A DNA stretch of 58,096 nt, from NCBI GenBank assembly GCA_035403265.1, contig DAONEV010000002.1:1-58096 (forward strand), in the 5' to 3' direction. The notes beneath the pieces are model-generated. The model worked only from the letters and a program-made list of their open reading frames with translations. It made no database searches and had not been told where the DNA came from. The translations under genes were made by a program, and so were the position numbers. The DNA is from Thermoanaerobaculaceae bacterium. GTDB lineage: Bacteria > Acidobacteriota > Thermoanaerobaculia > Thermoanaerobaculales > Thermoanaerobaculaceae. This document shows positions 1 through 9,123 of this stretch, piece after piece; position 1 is the stretch's first letter; each line of letters begins with the position of its first letter.

Positions 1-1
1 G

Positions 2-1810
2 ACCGCCACCAGCGCGAACATCGCCCCCGTGCCGGTGGCCGAGGAGGTTGCCTGGTCGTCCGACCCCGAGCGCTACGCGGTCTTCCTCCGTGAGCTGTCC
101 GAGGTCAGCAAGCAGATGATGGCCAAGCTCGCCAACGTACCCCTGCGCTACGACTCGGCGCTCCTTCCGCTGCTGCCGGCCGACACCTTCATCTTCGCCG
201 CGGTTCCCAACATCACCCGTGAGATCGCCGACGCCGGCGCGGATCTCGAGCGCCGCATCCAGGCCAACCCGCAGCTCAAGTCGTGGTTCGATCAGTATCG
301 CCAAACCAACCCCAACGCCCCGGACATGGTCGAGGTGCTGGCCCGCTTCCGCGAGCTGGGCTCCTACGCCGGTGACGAGATCGTGCTGGCGATCACCGGT
401 GCGATCGGCGAAGGCCACCCGAGCTTCCTGCTCCTCACCGAGGCGCGGGACGAGGCCGGCCTGCGCGCGGCGATCCGCGACAACCTGCAGCGCATGCGGG
501 CCCAGAGCGGCGAGGAGATCCCGGTCGTGCTGGTGGACGACCCGGCCAGCCTGCCGGCGCAACCCGGCAAGGCGCTGTACGTGCTGGTCAGTGGTGGTCT
601 GGTCGTGGCAACTGACTCGACGGAGGAGATCATCCGGCTGGCCGGACCGCATGCCGGCGCGCCGGCCGCTCCCGCCTCCTCGCCGTTCTTCTCGCAAATC
701 GCCCGCTGCTACCAGGACGGCGTCACCTGGCTGTTTGCCGCCGATCTCGACCGGCTCACCACCGCGGCTGTAGCCCGGTCGACGGGCGGACCGAAGGCTC
801 TCATCGCCGAGGATCTCGGCCTCCACGACATGCAGGTCGTCCTCGTCGAGCACAAGCGCATTGCCTCCCAGAGCCAGTTGCGCGGCGTCCTCGCCTTCTC
901 GCGCGAGCGGCGCGGTGTCGCCGGGTGGCTCGGTTCGCCGGCGCCGATGGGCGCTCTCGAGTACGTCTCGCCGAACGCCTACGCGGTCGGCTGCTTTCTG
1001 GCCAAGGAGCCGAGGCAGATCGCCGACGAGGTGCTGGCCGTCATGAAACAGCGGGACCCGGAGGGGCTCGGCAAGCTGGCTGATTTCGAGAGCCAGCACA
1101 ACTTCAGCCTGCGCGACGATCTCGCCGCGCCGCTGGGGGGCGAGTTCCTCGTCGCCATCGACGGTCCAGTCCTGCCCAGGCCGGCCTGGAAGCTGGTCGT
1201 GCTGGTCGAGGACCAGGCCCGCCTCCAGCAGGCCATCGAGAAGATCGTCGCCGAGCTCAACGTGCGGCTCGCCGCCGAACAGAAGCCGACGCTCGCCCTG
1301 AGCGCCTTGCCCGAGAACGGCACGACGTTCTTCACCCTCACCTCCTCGGACGGCCTGGTCGAGGTCCACTACACGTTCTGGGACGGCTACTGGCTGATCG
1401 CTGCCCAGAAGGTCATCCTCACGGACGCGGTGCACACCCGTCAGTCCGGGATGTCGCTGCCGGCCACGGCAGTGTTCCGCGGCGCCCTGCCGGTCGACGG
1501 GCAACAGCAGTACTCGGCGCTCGGGTTCGTCAATGCCAGCTCGCTGGGCACCGCCCTCGCGTCGGCTGTCCCGAGCGGCGCCGACGCCACGGCCAGGGCC
1601 GGCCTGGGGGAGCTCAAGAAGCTGCTCGCCGAAGCCTCGGCGATGACAGTCTGTGTGACCGCCGAGCCGGACCGCATCGTGCTCACCAGCACCGGCCTCG
1701 ACCTCCTCAATCCGAGCCGGGCGCTGTCGTTGCTGTCCGGCCTCGGGCCATCGGTGCCGCACACCTCCGCGCCAGCCGGCGGGCAGAGTCGGCCGCGGGT
1801 GGAGATCTAG
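2..1810 (+). CDS. hypothetical protein, 5' end outside the window
   Basis: ORF 29..1810 starts at GTG 29, but the frame stays open back to nt 2 with no stop, so the gene probably begins upstream. Ala/Leu/Arg-rich and soluble-looking, with no motif I can name. Directly precedes the ABC-2 operon. Confidence 0.6.
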   Translation, partial: TATSANIAPVPVAEEVAWSSDPERYAVFLRELSEVSKQMMAKLANVPLRYDSALLPLLPADTFIFAAVPNITREIADAGADLERRIQANPQLKSWFDQYRQTNPNAPDMVEVLARFRELGSYAGDEIVLAITGAIGEGHPSFLLLTEARDEAGLRAAIRDNLQRMRAQSGEEIPVVLVDDPASLPAQPGKALYVLVSGGLVVATDSTEEIIRLAGPHAGAPAAPASSPFFSQIARCYQDGVTWLFAADLDRLTTAAVARSTGGPKALIAEDLGLHDMQVVLVEHKRIASQSQLRGVLAFSRERRGVAGWLGSPAPMGALEYVSPNAYAVGCFLAKEPRQIADEVLAVMKQRDPEGLGKLADFESQHNFSLRDDLAAPLGGEFLVAIDGPVLPRPAWKLVVLVEDQARLQQAIEKIVAELNVRLAAEQKPTLALSALPENGTTFFTLTSSDGLVEVHYTFWDGYWLIAAQKVILTDAVHTRQSGMSLPATAVFRGALPVDGQQQYSALGFVNASSLGTALASAVPSGADATARAGLGELKKLLAEASAMTVCVTAEPDRIVLTSTGLDLLNPSRALSLLSGLGPSVPHTSAPAGGQSRPRVEI

Positions 1811-1945
1811 ATCGTCCACAATCGGTTGGGCGGGGCGACCTCGGTCGCCCCGCCCGGCTGTGAGGGGGAGCATGAACCTGGCAGGCATGATTCGCGTAGT
1901 TCGGATGGGGCAGGCCACCTGCCCCAGACGGGCAAGGAGCCGGGG

Positions 1946-2917
1946 ATGACCGACACCGACGACAGCGCCGCATCGACCCCGGCGCCAGCCCTGTTCGAGC
2001 TCGACCGCCTGGAGGTCCGCTTCGGTAAACGGGTGATCCTCAACGCCCTGACCGCCGCGCTGCACGGGCGGTCGATCGGCCTCCTGGGGCCCAACGGGGC
2101 CGGGAAGACAACGCTCCTCCACACGCTTCTCGGCTTCCATCCGGCCTCCGGGGGAGGTGCCCGGTTGCTCGGTCTCGACGTCTGCACCCAGACCGCCCGG
2201 ATCCGCGCGTGCACTGGTTACATGCCCGAGAACGACGCCTTCGTCGCCAGGATGAGCGCGGTGCGGCTCACCACCATGCTCGGCGAGCTGGCCGGGCTGT
2301 CGCCCCAAGGCGCCCTCGAACGTGCCCACGAAGCGCTGACCTGGGCGGGGTTGGGCGAGGCCCGCTACCGTCCGATCGGCACCTACTCCCTGGGCATGCG
2401 GCAGATGACCAAGCTCGCGCAGGCGGTGGTCGCGGGACCGAAGCTGCTGATCCTCGACGAGCCCACGAACGGCATGGATCCCCCGGTCCGGGCACGCATG
2501 ATCGACCTCATCAAGGAGGTGCGCGACTCCGGCGCCACCCGGATCATCCTCTCCTCCCACCTCCTCAAGGACGTCGAGGACTGCTGCGACGAGGTGCTTA
2601 TCCTCAAGGACGGCGAGGTGGCCTCGACGTGCAACATCGAGGCCGAGCGCCGCACCAATCGCAAGTTCCTCGAGCTCGAGGTCGAGGGCGACAGCGGGCC
2701 GCTGGAAGCGCTGGCGCGCGAGCGCGGCTGCGAGTGCGCCGTGGCGGCGGGCGGGCGTATCAAGATGATCCTTCCACAAGGCGTCGAGATCGCCGACTTG
2801 TACGCCGTTGCCGCCAGGTGCGACCTGCAGATTCGCCGGCTTTCCAGCAAGCGCGACTCGCTCCAGGAGATCTTCCTCAAAGCCATGGAGGGCAGCAATG
2901 GCCGTCTACCGGCGTAG
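1946..2917 (+). CDS. ABC transporter ATP-binding protein (ABC-2 type, with C-terminal extension)
   Basis: Walker A GPNGAGKTT, signature YSLGMRQ, Walker B LLILDEPT. ATG 1946 is preceded by AAGGAG (1934-1939). The ORF-track start at 1826 is an in-frame upstream extension. Confidence 0.9.
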   Translation: MTDTDDSAASTPAPALFELDRLEVRFGKRVILNALTAALHGRSIGLLGPNGAGKTTLLHTLLGFHPASGGGARLLGLDVCTQTARIRACTGYMPENDAFVARMSAVRLTTMLGELAGLSPQGALERAHEALTWAGLGEARYRPIGTYSLGMRQMTKLAQAVVAGPKLLILDEPTNGMDPPVRARMIDLIKEVRDSGATRIILSSHLLKDVEDCCDEVLILKDGEVASTCNIEAERRTNRKFLELEVEGDSGPLEALARERGCECAVAAGGRIKMILPQGVEIADLYAVAARCDLQIRRLSSKRDSLQEIFLKAMEGSNGRLPA

Positions 2918-3764
2918 GTACCAGGCCCCCGAGCACGCGACCACGTCGGGCCGCTTCCGTTTCCTGGTGTTCGCCCGCTACGCCCTCCGCGAGCTGCTCG
3001 CGGTGCGAGGCTTCGCCCTCTACTTCGTGCTCTGCTTCGCAGCGCCGCTGGTTGGGGCGGTGGTCATCTACCTCCACTTCAACCCTCTCGGCCTGAAGGT
3101 CCTCGAGACCACGGTGCGCGAGCTGATCCCCATCGACCGCCAGTTTTTCCTGCTCTTCCTGCTCATCCAGACCGGGGCCGGTTCGCTGCTCGCCGCCGTG
3201 GTCGGACCGGGTCTGGTGGCGCCGGATCTCGCCAACAACGCCTTGCCGCTCTACCTCTCGCGGCCGATCACCCGCCGCGACTACATCATGGGCAAGCTCT
3301 CGGTGCTCGTCGGGCTGATGTCGCTGCTCACCTGGATCCCGATCATGCTGCTGTATGTCCTGCAGTGCGTCCTTGCCGGCTGGGCGTGGCTCGCCACCAA
3401 CCTGCGCATCCCGGTCGGCATCCTGGCGTGCTCGGCGCTATGGATCCTCGTCGTCTCGCTCCTCACCCTCGCGCTCTCGGCCTGGGTGCGGTGGCGGCCG
3501 ATTGCCACGCTGTCGGTCTTCGGCGCCTTTTTCATCTCGGCGGCGGTCGGCACACTCGTGTCCGAAACCCTTCACACGAGGTGGGGAAGCGTGCTCAACG
3601 TGTTCAAGCTGATGCGCTTCATCTGGAGCGACCTGTTCGGCGTCGCTCCGATGCCCGAGGCGCTGCCGGTCGGCGTGTCGATCGCGGTTGTTGGTCTCTG
3701 GTGCCTGCTGTTCCTCGTCATGCTCGGGCGCCGCGTGCGGGCCTACGAGGTGGTGCGCGCATGA
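2898..3764 (+). CDS. ABC-2 type transporter permease
   Basis: Multiple hydrophobic spans (e.g. LYFVLCFAAPLVGAVVIYL, LLFLLIQTGAGSLLAAVVG, VGLMSLLTWIPIMLLYVL). ATG 2898 overlaps the upstream stop by 20 nt. Sits between two ABC ATPase genes. Confidence 0.75.
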   Translation: MAVYRRRYQAPEHATTSGRFRFLVFARYALRELLAVRGFALYFVLCFAAPLVGAVVIYLHFNPLGLKVLETTVRELIPIDRQFFLLFLLIQTGAGSLLAAVVGPGLVAPDLANNALPLYLSRPITRRDYIMGKLSVLVGLMSLLTWIPIMLLYVLQCVLAGWAWLATNLRIPVGILACSALWILVVSLLTLALSAWVRWRPIATLSVFGAFFISAAVGTLVSETLHTRWGSVLNVFKLMRFIWSDLFGVAPMPEALPVGVSIAVVGLWCLLFLVMLGRRVRAYEVVRA

Positions 3765-4708
3765 CCACCGACCTGCGTATCCAGCTTGCCGAGGTCTCGA
3801 AGTTCTACGGCGAGGTGCTCGGCGTCAACCGCATCAGCATGGTGATCGGCCCCGGCATCACGAGCCTCGTGGGCCCCAACGGCGCGGGCAAGACGACCCT
3901 CTTGAACCTCATCACCGGCCTCGTCCGCCCCACCCAGGGGGAGATCACGATCGGCGGCGTGGCCATCGGCGACGCCGAGGCGGTCTTCCGCCTGGTCGGT
4001 TACTGCACCCAGTACGATGCCTTCCCGCATGGCCTGAGCGGCATCGAGCTGGTGCGTGGTGTCCTCACGGTCCACGGGATGACCACCCGCACCGCCCACG
4101 AGCTTGCCTGCGAAGCGCTCTCGACCGTCGGCCTGCTCGACGCCGCCGACAAGAAGATCGCCGCCTACTCCAAGGGCATGCGCCAGCGCGTCAAGCTCGC
4201 CCAGGCGCTGGCCCACCGGCCGCGGGTGCTCATCCTCGACGAGCCGCTCAACGGCCTTGACCCGATGGCGCGCGCCGAGGTCATCGCGCTCCTCCGCCGC
4301 ATGGCGACGGAGGGGAAGATCGTCCTCGTCTCGAGCCACATCCTCCACGAGGTGGACGTCATCTCCGATAGCGTCATCCTCATGAATCACGGCTACGTGG
4401 TGGCCGAGGGCGGCATCCACGACGTGCGAGGGGAGGTCGAGGAGCATCCCTTCGAGGTCCTCGTGCGCTGCGACCGCCCGGCGCTGCTCGCTTCGCGGGT
4501 GTTCGCGCTCGACCACACGGTGGAGGCCAGGATCCACGCCGACGGCCGCGGCCTCGTGGTGGCGACCCGCGACCCGGCGGCTCTCTACCGGCTCGTCAAT
4601 CGTCTCGCGGTCGACGACGGGCTCGTCATCGAGACGGTGCAGCCGGCCGACGACGACGTGCAATCGCTCTACGACTACCTCATCGGCCACGAAGGAGGTC
4701 GCTCATGA
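3761..4708 (+). CDS. ABC transporter ATP-binding protein (second ATPase of the operon)
   Basis: Walker A GPNGAGKTT, signature YSKGMRQ, Walker B VLILDEPL, H-loop SSHIL. ATGA overlap with the permease stop at 3761-3764. Confidence 0.9.
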   Translation: MTTDLRIQLAEVSKFYGEVLGVNRISMVIGPGITSLVGPNGAGKTTLLNLITGLVRPTQGEITIGGVAIGDAEAVFRLVGYCTQYDAFPHGLSGIELVRGVLTVHGMTTRTAHELACEALSTVGLLDAADKKIAAYSKGMRQRVKLAQALAHRPRVLILDEPLNGLDPMARAEVIALLRRMATEGKIVLVSSHILHEVDVISDSVILMNHGYVVAEGGIHDVRGEVEEHPFEVLVRCDRPALLASRVFALDHTVEARIHADGRGLVVATRDPAALYRLVNRLAVDDGLVIETVQPADDDVQSLYDYLIGHEGGRS

Positions 4709-5544
4709 CCGCGCGGCTCGAACCCGGCGCCTGGACGCTCCGGCTCCGCCAACTCCTCGCCGTGACCCGGCTCGAGCTGCGGAAGTGCTTCCGCGGCCGC
4801 CGCCTCCTCGGGCTCGCCCTGCTCAACCTGGCGCCGGTCGCCGTCCTGCTGCTCGGCTACTTCGTCCATCACCAGGAGGTCGCCCGCGCCGCGACGCCCG
4901 CGAGCCTGAGCCAGGTCTATGCGGTGATGTTCGCCACCTGGATGCTCCGCGTCTCGGTCTTCTTCACCGCTGCCGCGCTGTCGATCCAGCTCTTCCGCAC
5001 CGAGGTGCTCGAGAAGACCCTGCACTACTACCTCCTTGCCCCGGTGCGACGCGAGGTCATGGTGGCCGGCAAGTACCTCTCGGCGAGCCTGGCGAGCAGC
5101 CTCATTTGCGGAGCCTCGGCTGCCGCGGCGTACCTCGCCCTGTTTGGGCAGCTCGGCCACGGCATGGGGCGGTTCTTCGCCGAGGGACCGGGTGTCCCGC
5201 ACCTGCTCGCCTATGTCGGCGTGACGGTCATCGGTTGCTTCGGCTACGGTGCCGTATTTGCCCTCCTCGGCCTGCTGTGGCGCAACCCGATGCTCGCCGT
5301 CCTGGCGCTTTTCGGATGGGAGAGCGTGTTGTTCTTGCTGCCGCCGGCGCTCAAGGCCGCCACCGTGCTGTTCTACCTCGAGTCGCTCCTGCCCCATCGG
5401 CCACCAGTCGGACCGCTGGCGATCCTGGCCGACCCCCCGCCTGTGCTCGCCACGATTGCGGGCATGGCCGTGTTCACTCTCGTGGTTCTCGCCCTCGCCG
5501 GCTGGCGCGCTCGCCGCATGGAGATCTCCTACAGCACGGATTGA
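4705..5544 (+). CDS. ABC-2 type transporter permease (second)
   Basis: ATGA overlap with the upstream ATPase at 4705-4708. About six hydrophobic spans. Confidence 0.75.
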   Translation: MTARLEPGAWTLRLRQLLAVTRLELRKCFRGRRLLGLALLNLAPVAVLLLGYFVHHQEVARAATPASLSQVYAVMFATWMLRVSVFFTAAALSIQLFRTEVLEKTLHYYLLAPVRREVMVAGKYLSASLASSLICGASAAAAYLALFGQLGHGMGRFFAEGPGVPHLLAYVGVTVIGCFGYGAVFALLGLLWRNPMLAVLALFGWESVLFLLPPALKAATVLFYLESLLPHRPPVGPLAILADPPPVLATIAGMAVFTLVVLALAGWRARRMEISYSTD

Positions 5545-5693
5545 GCGTCCATCTGGCCATTTGGGATTCTCAGGACACGGCTGACCGTGTGGATCACCGC
5601 CGTGCACACGGCGGCTCGACCGAGCCGGTGCCGCCCACGTGGATGGCCGTGGTCCTCACGCGCGGGCTGGGGAAGCGATTGGTCCTGCTGAGG

Positions 5694-7097
5694 TCATGGG
5701 TGCGGAAGCGGGCCGGGGTCGAGGGTCACGTTGTCGAGCACAACCGAGCCGGCGTCGACAAGTCGGCTGCCGCGCGAGACGTTGCGGAAGACAGAGTCGC
5801 GGATGACGATCCCGGCGACCGGTGAGCTGTCGATCCCGGCGATCGACCAGGCAAGCGCTGCCTTGCCGACAGTGAGTCGCTCCACGCGGACGTTCCAGAC
5901 CACGGGCAGGTGTGGGCGGGAGAGGTCCTCGTCCGCGAGCATGTAGAGCATGTCGATGTCGATCGCCGAGCCGACCTCGAGGATCTCGGTATCACGCATG
6001 AAGATGTTCTCGATGACGCCGCCCCGCGCCACGTTTGTCTTGATGCGCAGGCCGCGCTCGAGGTCTGGGCTCGACATCGTGTTGTGCTCCGCGTAGACAT
6101 CCCGCACGCCGCCGCTCACCTCGCTGCCGATCGTCACGCCGCCGTGGCCAGCCCGCATCCGGCAGTTGCGGATGACGACCCTCTCGGACGGGGCCGCCAG
6201 CCGACGGCCGTCCGCGTTGCGTCCGGACTTGATCGCAATGCAGTCGTCGCCGGTGTCGAAGAGCGTGTCTTCGATAAGGACGTCGGTCGACGATTCGGGG
6301 TCGCAGCCGTCGCTGTTGGGTCCGGGGGAGAGCACCGAGACCCCGCGCACGATGACGTTGGAACAGAGCACTGGGTGGATGACCCAGAAGGGGGAGTTAC
6401 GGATCGTGACCCCCTCGACCAGGACGGTCCTGCAACGGTACACCTGCAGAAGTGGCGGCCGGAGGTAATGACCCGCGCCGTAGATTCGTTGGGAGGGCTC
6501 GACGCCCTCCTCCGCCTGCCGAAACAGCCGGTCGCGATCTGGCTTCTGGCTTTCGGCTCCGGTCTTCGCCTTCCACGGCCACCAGTGGGTCGCGTCCGCC
6601 TGGCCGTCGAGCGTGCCCTCGCCAGTCACGGCGACGTTGTCCTGCCCGAAGGCGGACACCAGTGGCGCGTAGTTCATCAGCTCGACGCCTTCCCAGCGGG
6701 TGAGGACGACGGGAAGGTACCTGGACGGATCGGTGCTGAAACGCAACGTCGCTCCGGCGGCGAGGTGGAGGTTGACGTTGGAGAGAAGGCGGACCGGCCC
6801 GGTGAGGAAGTCGCCGGGCGGTACGACGACGCGTCCTCCACCGGCGCGGTGACACGCCTCGACCGCAGCTCGCACCGCGTCGGTGGCGTCGGCCGCTCCG
6901 TCCCCGACAGCGCCGAAGGACGTGATCGGGAAGTCCCGAGGCAGGAAGGAAGGCGGATGGATTCGCGCCAGGATCCTGGGCAACCTCGTCCATGGGTCGA
7001 CCGCGCTGCCCCTGTCGCCTGCCACGGCCAGGGCAGGCAGCACGGCCAGCAGCAGGAGAGCGGTCAACGTCGCAGTGGATCGACTCGTACGTGGCAT
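5694..7097 (-). CDS. glycoside hydrolase family 28 (exo-polygalacturonase-like), secreted
   Basis: Signal peptide LTALLLLAVLPALAVAG. GH28 motifs NSDGCDP, GDDCIAIKSG, GHGGVTIGSE and RIKT. Confidence 0.9.
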   Translation of the reverse strand: MPRTSRSTATLTALLLLAVLPALAVAGDRGSAVDPWTRLPRILARIHPPSFLPRDFPITSFGAVGDGAADATDAVRAAVEACHRAGGGRVVVPPGDFLTGPVRLLSNVNLHLAAGATLRFSTDPSRYLPVVLTRWEGVELMNYAPLVSAFGQDNVAVTGEGTLDGQADATHWWPWKAKTGAESQKPDRDRLFRQAEEGVEPSQRIYGAGHYLRPPLLQVYRCRTVLVEGVTIRNSPFWVIHPVLCSNVIVRGVSVLSPGPNSDGCDPESSTDVLIEDTLFDTGDDCIAIKSGRNADGRRLAAPSERVVIRNCRMRAGHGGVTIGSEVSGGVRDVYAEHNTMSSPDLERGLRIKTNVARGGVIENIFMRDTEILEVGSAIDIDMLYMLADEDLSRPHLPVVWNVRVERLTVGKAALAWSIAGIDSSPVAGIVIRDSVFRNVSRGSRLVDAGSVVLDNVTLDPGPLPHP

Positions 7098-7101
7098 TTC
7101 C

Positions 7102-7932
7102 CTACCTCAGCCGGTCGGTCTCGGCGACCTGCATGTCCTCGAAGACCTGATTCTCGCCGCCCATGCTCCACACGAAGGCATAGCGGCCCGTGGCCACCCC
7201 GAAGTGCATCGACCAGGAAGGTGCCAGAACCGCCTGCAGGTTGCGGACGATGAGGTGCCTCGTCTTGTCGGGCGGTCCCATGACGTGGAGCGCGAAGTCG
7301 CCTGGAGCGAGGTCGAAGTAGAGGTAAACCTCGGTGCGGCGATGGTGCGTATGAGGCGGCACCGAGTTCCAGACGCTGCCCTCCGCGAGGGTGGTCACGC
7401 CCATGACGAGCTGGCAGCTCGCGACACCCCGGGGGTGGATGTAGCGGCGCAAGACCCGAACGTTCGCACCCGCCTCCGAGCCGAGCCTCACTGTCTCGGC
7501 GTCGCTCTCCGGCACCACGGCCGGTGGCAGGGCGGCGTGGGCGGGGTGGCTCACGAGGTAGAACAACGCGGGATTGTGCGGGTCGACACTGGTAAACACG
7601 ATGTCGCGTGCGCCCCGGCCGATGTAGAGCCCGTCTCGACGTCCGAGGCCGAGGACCTGCCCGTCGACAGCCACGGTTCCCGCCTCGCCGAGGTTCACCA
7701 CGCCGAGCTCCCGGCGGGCCGCGAAGAACGGTGCGGCAAGCTCCTGGGGCGCCGGGAGTGAGAGTGGACGGCGGCGCGGCACCGCAGAGCCGAGGATCGT
7801 GCGGTCGGCCTCCCAGAAGACGAGGCGCACCTCGTCTGGCGCGAACAGCTCCTCGACGAGGAAGGTCGCCCGCAGCTCCTCTCCGGTCATCCTCTCGTAG
7901 TGGATCGGATCGACGAGGTACCGAGTCTGCAT
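7102..7932 (-). CDS. kduI: 5-dehydro-4-deoxy-D-glucuronate isomerase
   Basis: Full-length collinear similarity to E. coli KduI as I recall it (RRELGVVNLG, PHTHHRRTEVYLYF, SPSWSMH, GENQVFEDM). 276 aa. Confidence 0.92.
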   Translation of the reverse strand: MQTRYLVDPIHYERMTGEELRATFLVEELFAPDEVRLVFWEADRTILGSAVPRRRPLSLPAPQELAAPFFAARRELGVVNLGEAGTVAVDGQVLGLGRRDGLYIGRGARDIVFTSVDPHNPALFYLVSHPAHAALPPAVVPESDAETVRLGSEAGANVRVLRRYIHPRGVASCQLVMGVTTLAEGSVWNSVPPHTHHRRTEVYLYFDLAPGDFALHVMGPPDKTRHLIVRNLQAVLAPSWSMHFGVATGRYAFVWSMGGENQVFEDMQVAETDRLR

Positions 7933-7943
7933 GCTGTGACCTC

Positions 7944-9113
7944 TCAGGGCGTGACGAGTTCGATCTTGAGTGGCGAGCGCCAGCGGTGCGCCTGATCCTC
8001 GATCATGTTGTCCCAGATGGCCACGCTCGAAACGTCGCCACCCCTGTCCCAGGCGGAACCGGCGAAGTAGGTGATGGGCCCCGGGCCATCCGGAGCCACG
8101 ACGAACAGGACGTTACCGTCGACCTCGGCGAGCGAACGGATGTGGGCCGGGTCGATGACGATCGCGCACCCAAGGCTCCCGTTCGGCTCCTTCAGCGACT
8201 CCCACGTGCGCAGGATGCCCAGCTCCCGGGCACTTCGAATCTCGGCGCCCTTGGCCTTCTTGATGCCGACGGCCCACGTCGTGTCGTTGGAGCCATTCAC
8301 CGTGACGACGCTCTCGATCCGGTTGAAGTGCGAGCTCGCGTCGAGGACGACGCGTTTCGTTTCGGAGACCTGGGCTGCCCCGGCTACCCATGGCGGGTAC
8401 TGCAGCTCGAAGACGAGACGAATCGGGCCGTTCGCCAGGACCCTTGACGAGCGGAAGTTCCTCGACACGAACAGGTGGCCGTCCTTGAAAACGCCGGTTC
8501 CGCCGCAACCACGGCTCGGTCCGACCGAGTAGAAGTCGCCGCCCTCTCCGTGGTCCTGGTGGTAGTCGTCGACCATGTACCAGTCGTTGACGACGAGCGC
8601 CTGGGTGCGCTTGACCCAGACGTCGATACCGCTGCTGGTGAGCGGTTCCTTCTCCCAGGTCTCGAGGGCCAGACCGTAGACCCGGTGGGCGACCCGGTCG
8701 TTCTCCCACGCGAAGTCGTCGAACCGCTCCCGAACGAATCGGCCGTAGACGCGGAAGTCCTCCTTCCGGGGGGTGGTCCTGCCACCCAGGGTGAGGACGA
8801 AGGTCCTGGTCGCCCTGGGCTCGAACCCCGTCTGGAAGACGACCTGGTCGAATGCGCCGTCGCCGTCGAGGTCGACAGCCTGTGTGAGCTCTTCGTGGGC
8901 TCCTCCCGCTGCGGTGACGTGCACTCGCGGGAGGTCCTCGGCCCGGAACGCGGCCCGCAGCAGCGCCGCGGGAAGCTCGACCGTCTCGGCTGGTCGTGCG
9001 CGGTCGAGTTGGTTGGTGACGTTGACCCGGAAGGAGGGTTCCCCAGCGAGCAGAAAGCTCGCGGCGGGGATGAGCACCGCCGCGAGGATGGAGGTGGATG
9101 GTATGTGCATCAT
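7944..9113 (-). CDS. DUF4861-like secreted protein of pectin loci
   Basis: Signal peptide. WENDRVAHRVYG-type motif and size (~390 aa) match my recollection of DUF4861 proteins that neighbour kduI in polysaccharide loci. Family call is from memory only. Confidence 0.55.
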   Translation of the reverse strand: MMHIPSTSILAAVLIPAASFLLAGEPSFRVNVTNQLDRARPAETVELPAALLRAAFRAEDLPRVHVTAAGGAHEELTQAVDLDGDGAFDQVVFQTGFEPRATRTFVLTLGGRTTPRKEDFRVYGRFVRERFDDFAWENDRVAHRVYGLALETWEKEPLTSSGIDVWVKRTQALVVNDWYMVDDYHQDHGEGGDFYSVGPSRGCGGTGVFKDGHLFVSRNFRSSRVLANGPIRLVFELQYPPWVAGAAQVSETKRVVLDASSHFNRIESVVTVNGSNDTTWAVGIKKAKGAEIRSARELGILRTWESLKEPNGSLGCAIVIDPAHIRSLAEVDGNVLFVVAPDGPGPITYFAGSAWDRGGDVSSVAIWDNMIEDQAHRWRSPLKIELVTP

Positions 9114-9123
9114 CGGTTGCAGT

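Noticed and set aside
1826-1945. Upstream extensions of ORF-track starts: ABC ATPase at 1826, permease at 2808, second ATPase at 3365, SDR at 29314, kinase 2 at 30568, fibre-like gene at 41359, S41 peptidase at 52120
   Set aside because: The extensions translate to Arg/Gly-rich non-protein-like sequence and overlap upstream genes. Internal ATG/GTG codons with SD-like GGAG/AGGAGG at 5-9 nt give proteins that start where family similarity starts.
5560-5615. Short hairpins in convergent gaps as intrinsic terminators: CACGGctgaCCGTG and CCGCCGtgcacaCGGCGG at ~5576-5612, CGGAC...GTCCG at ~24005-24022, CGTCGTGagcCACGACG at 31811-31827
   Set aside because: The stems are only 5-7 bp with no following U-tract, and such pairings are frequent by chance in GC-rich DNA. 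They are too weak to annotate.
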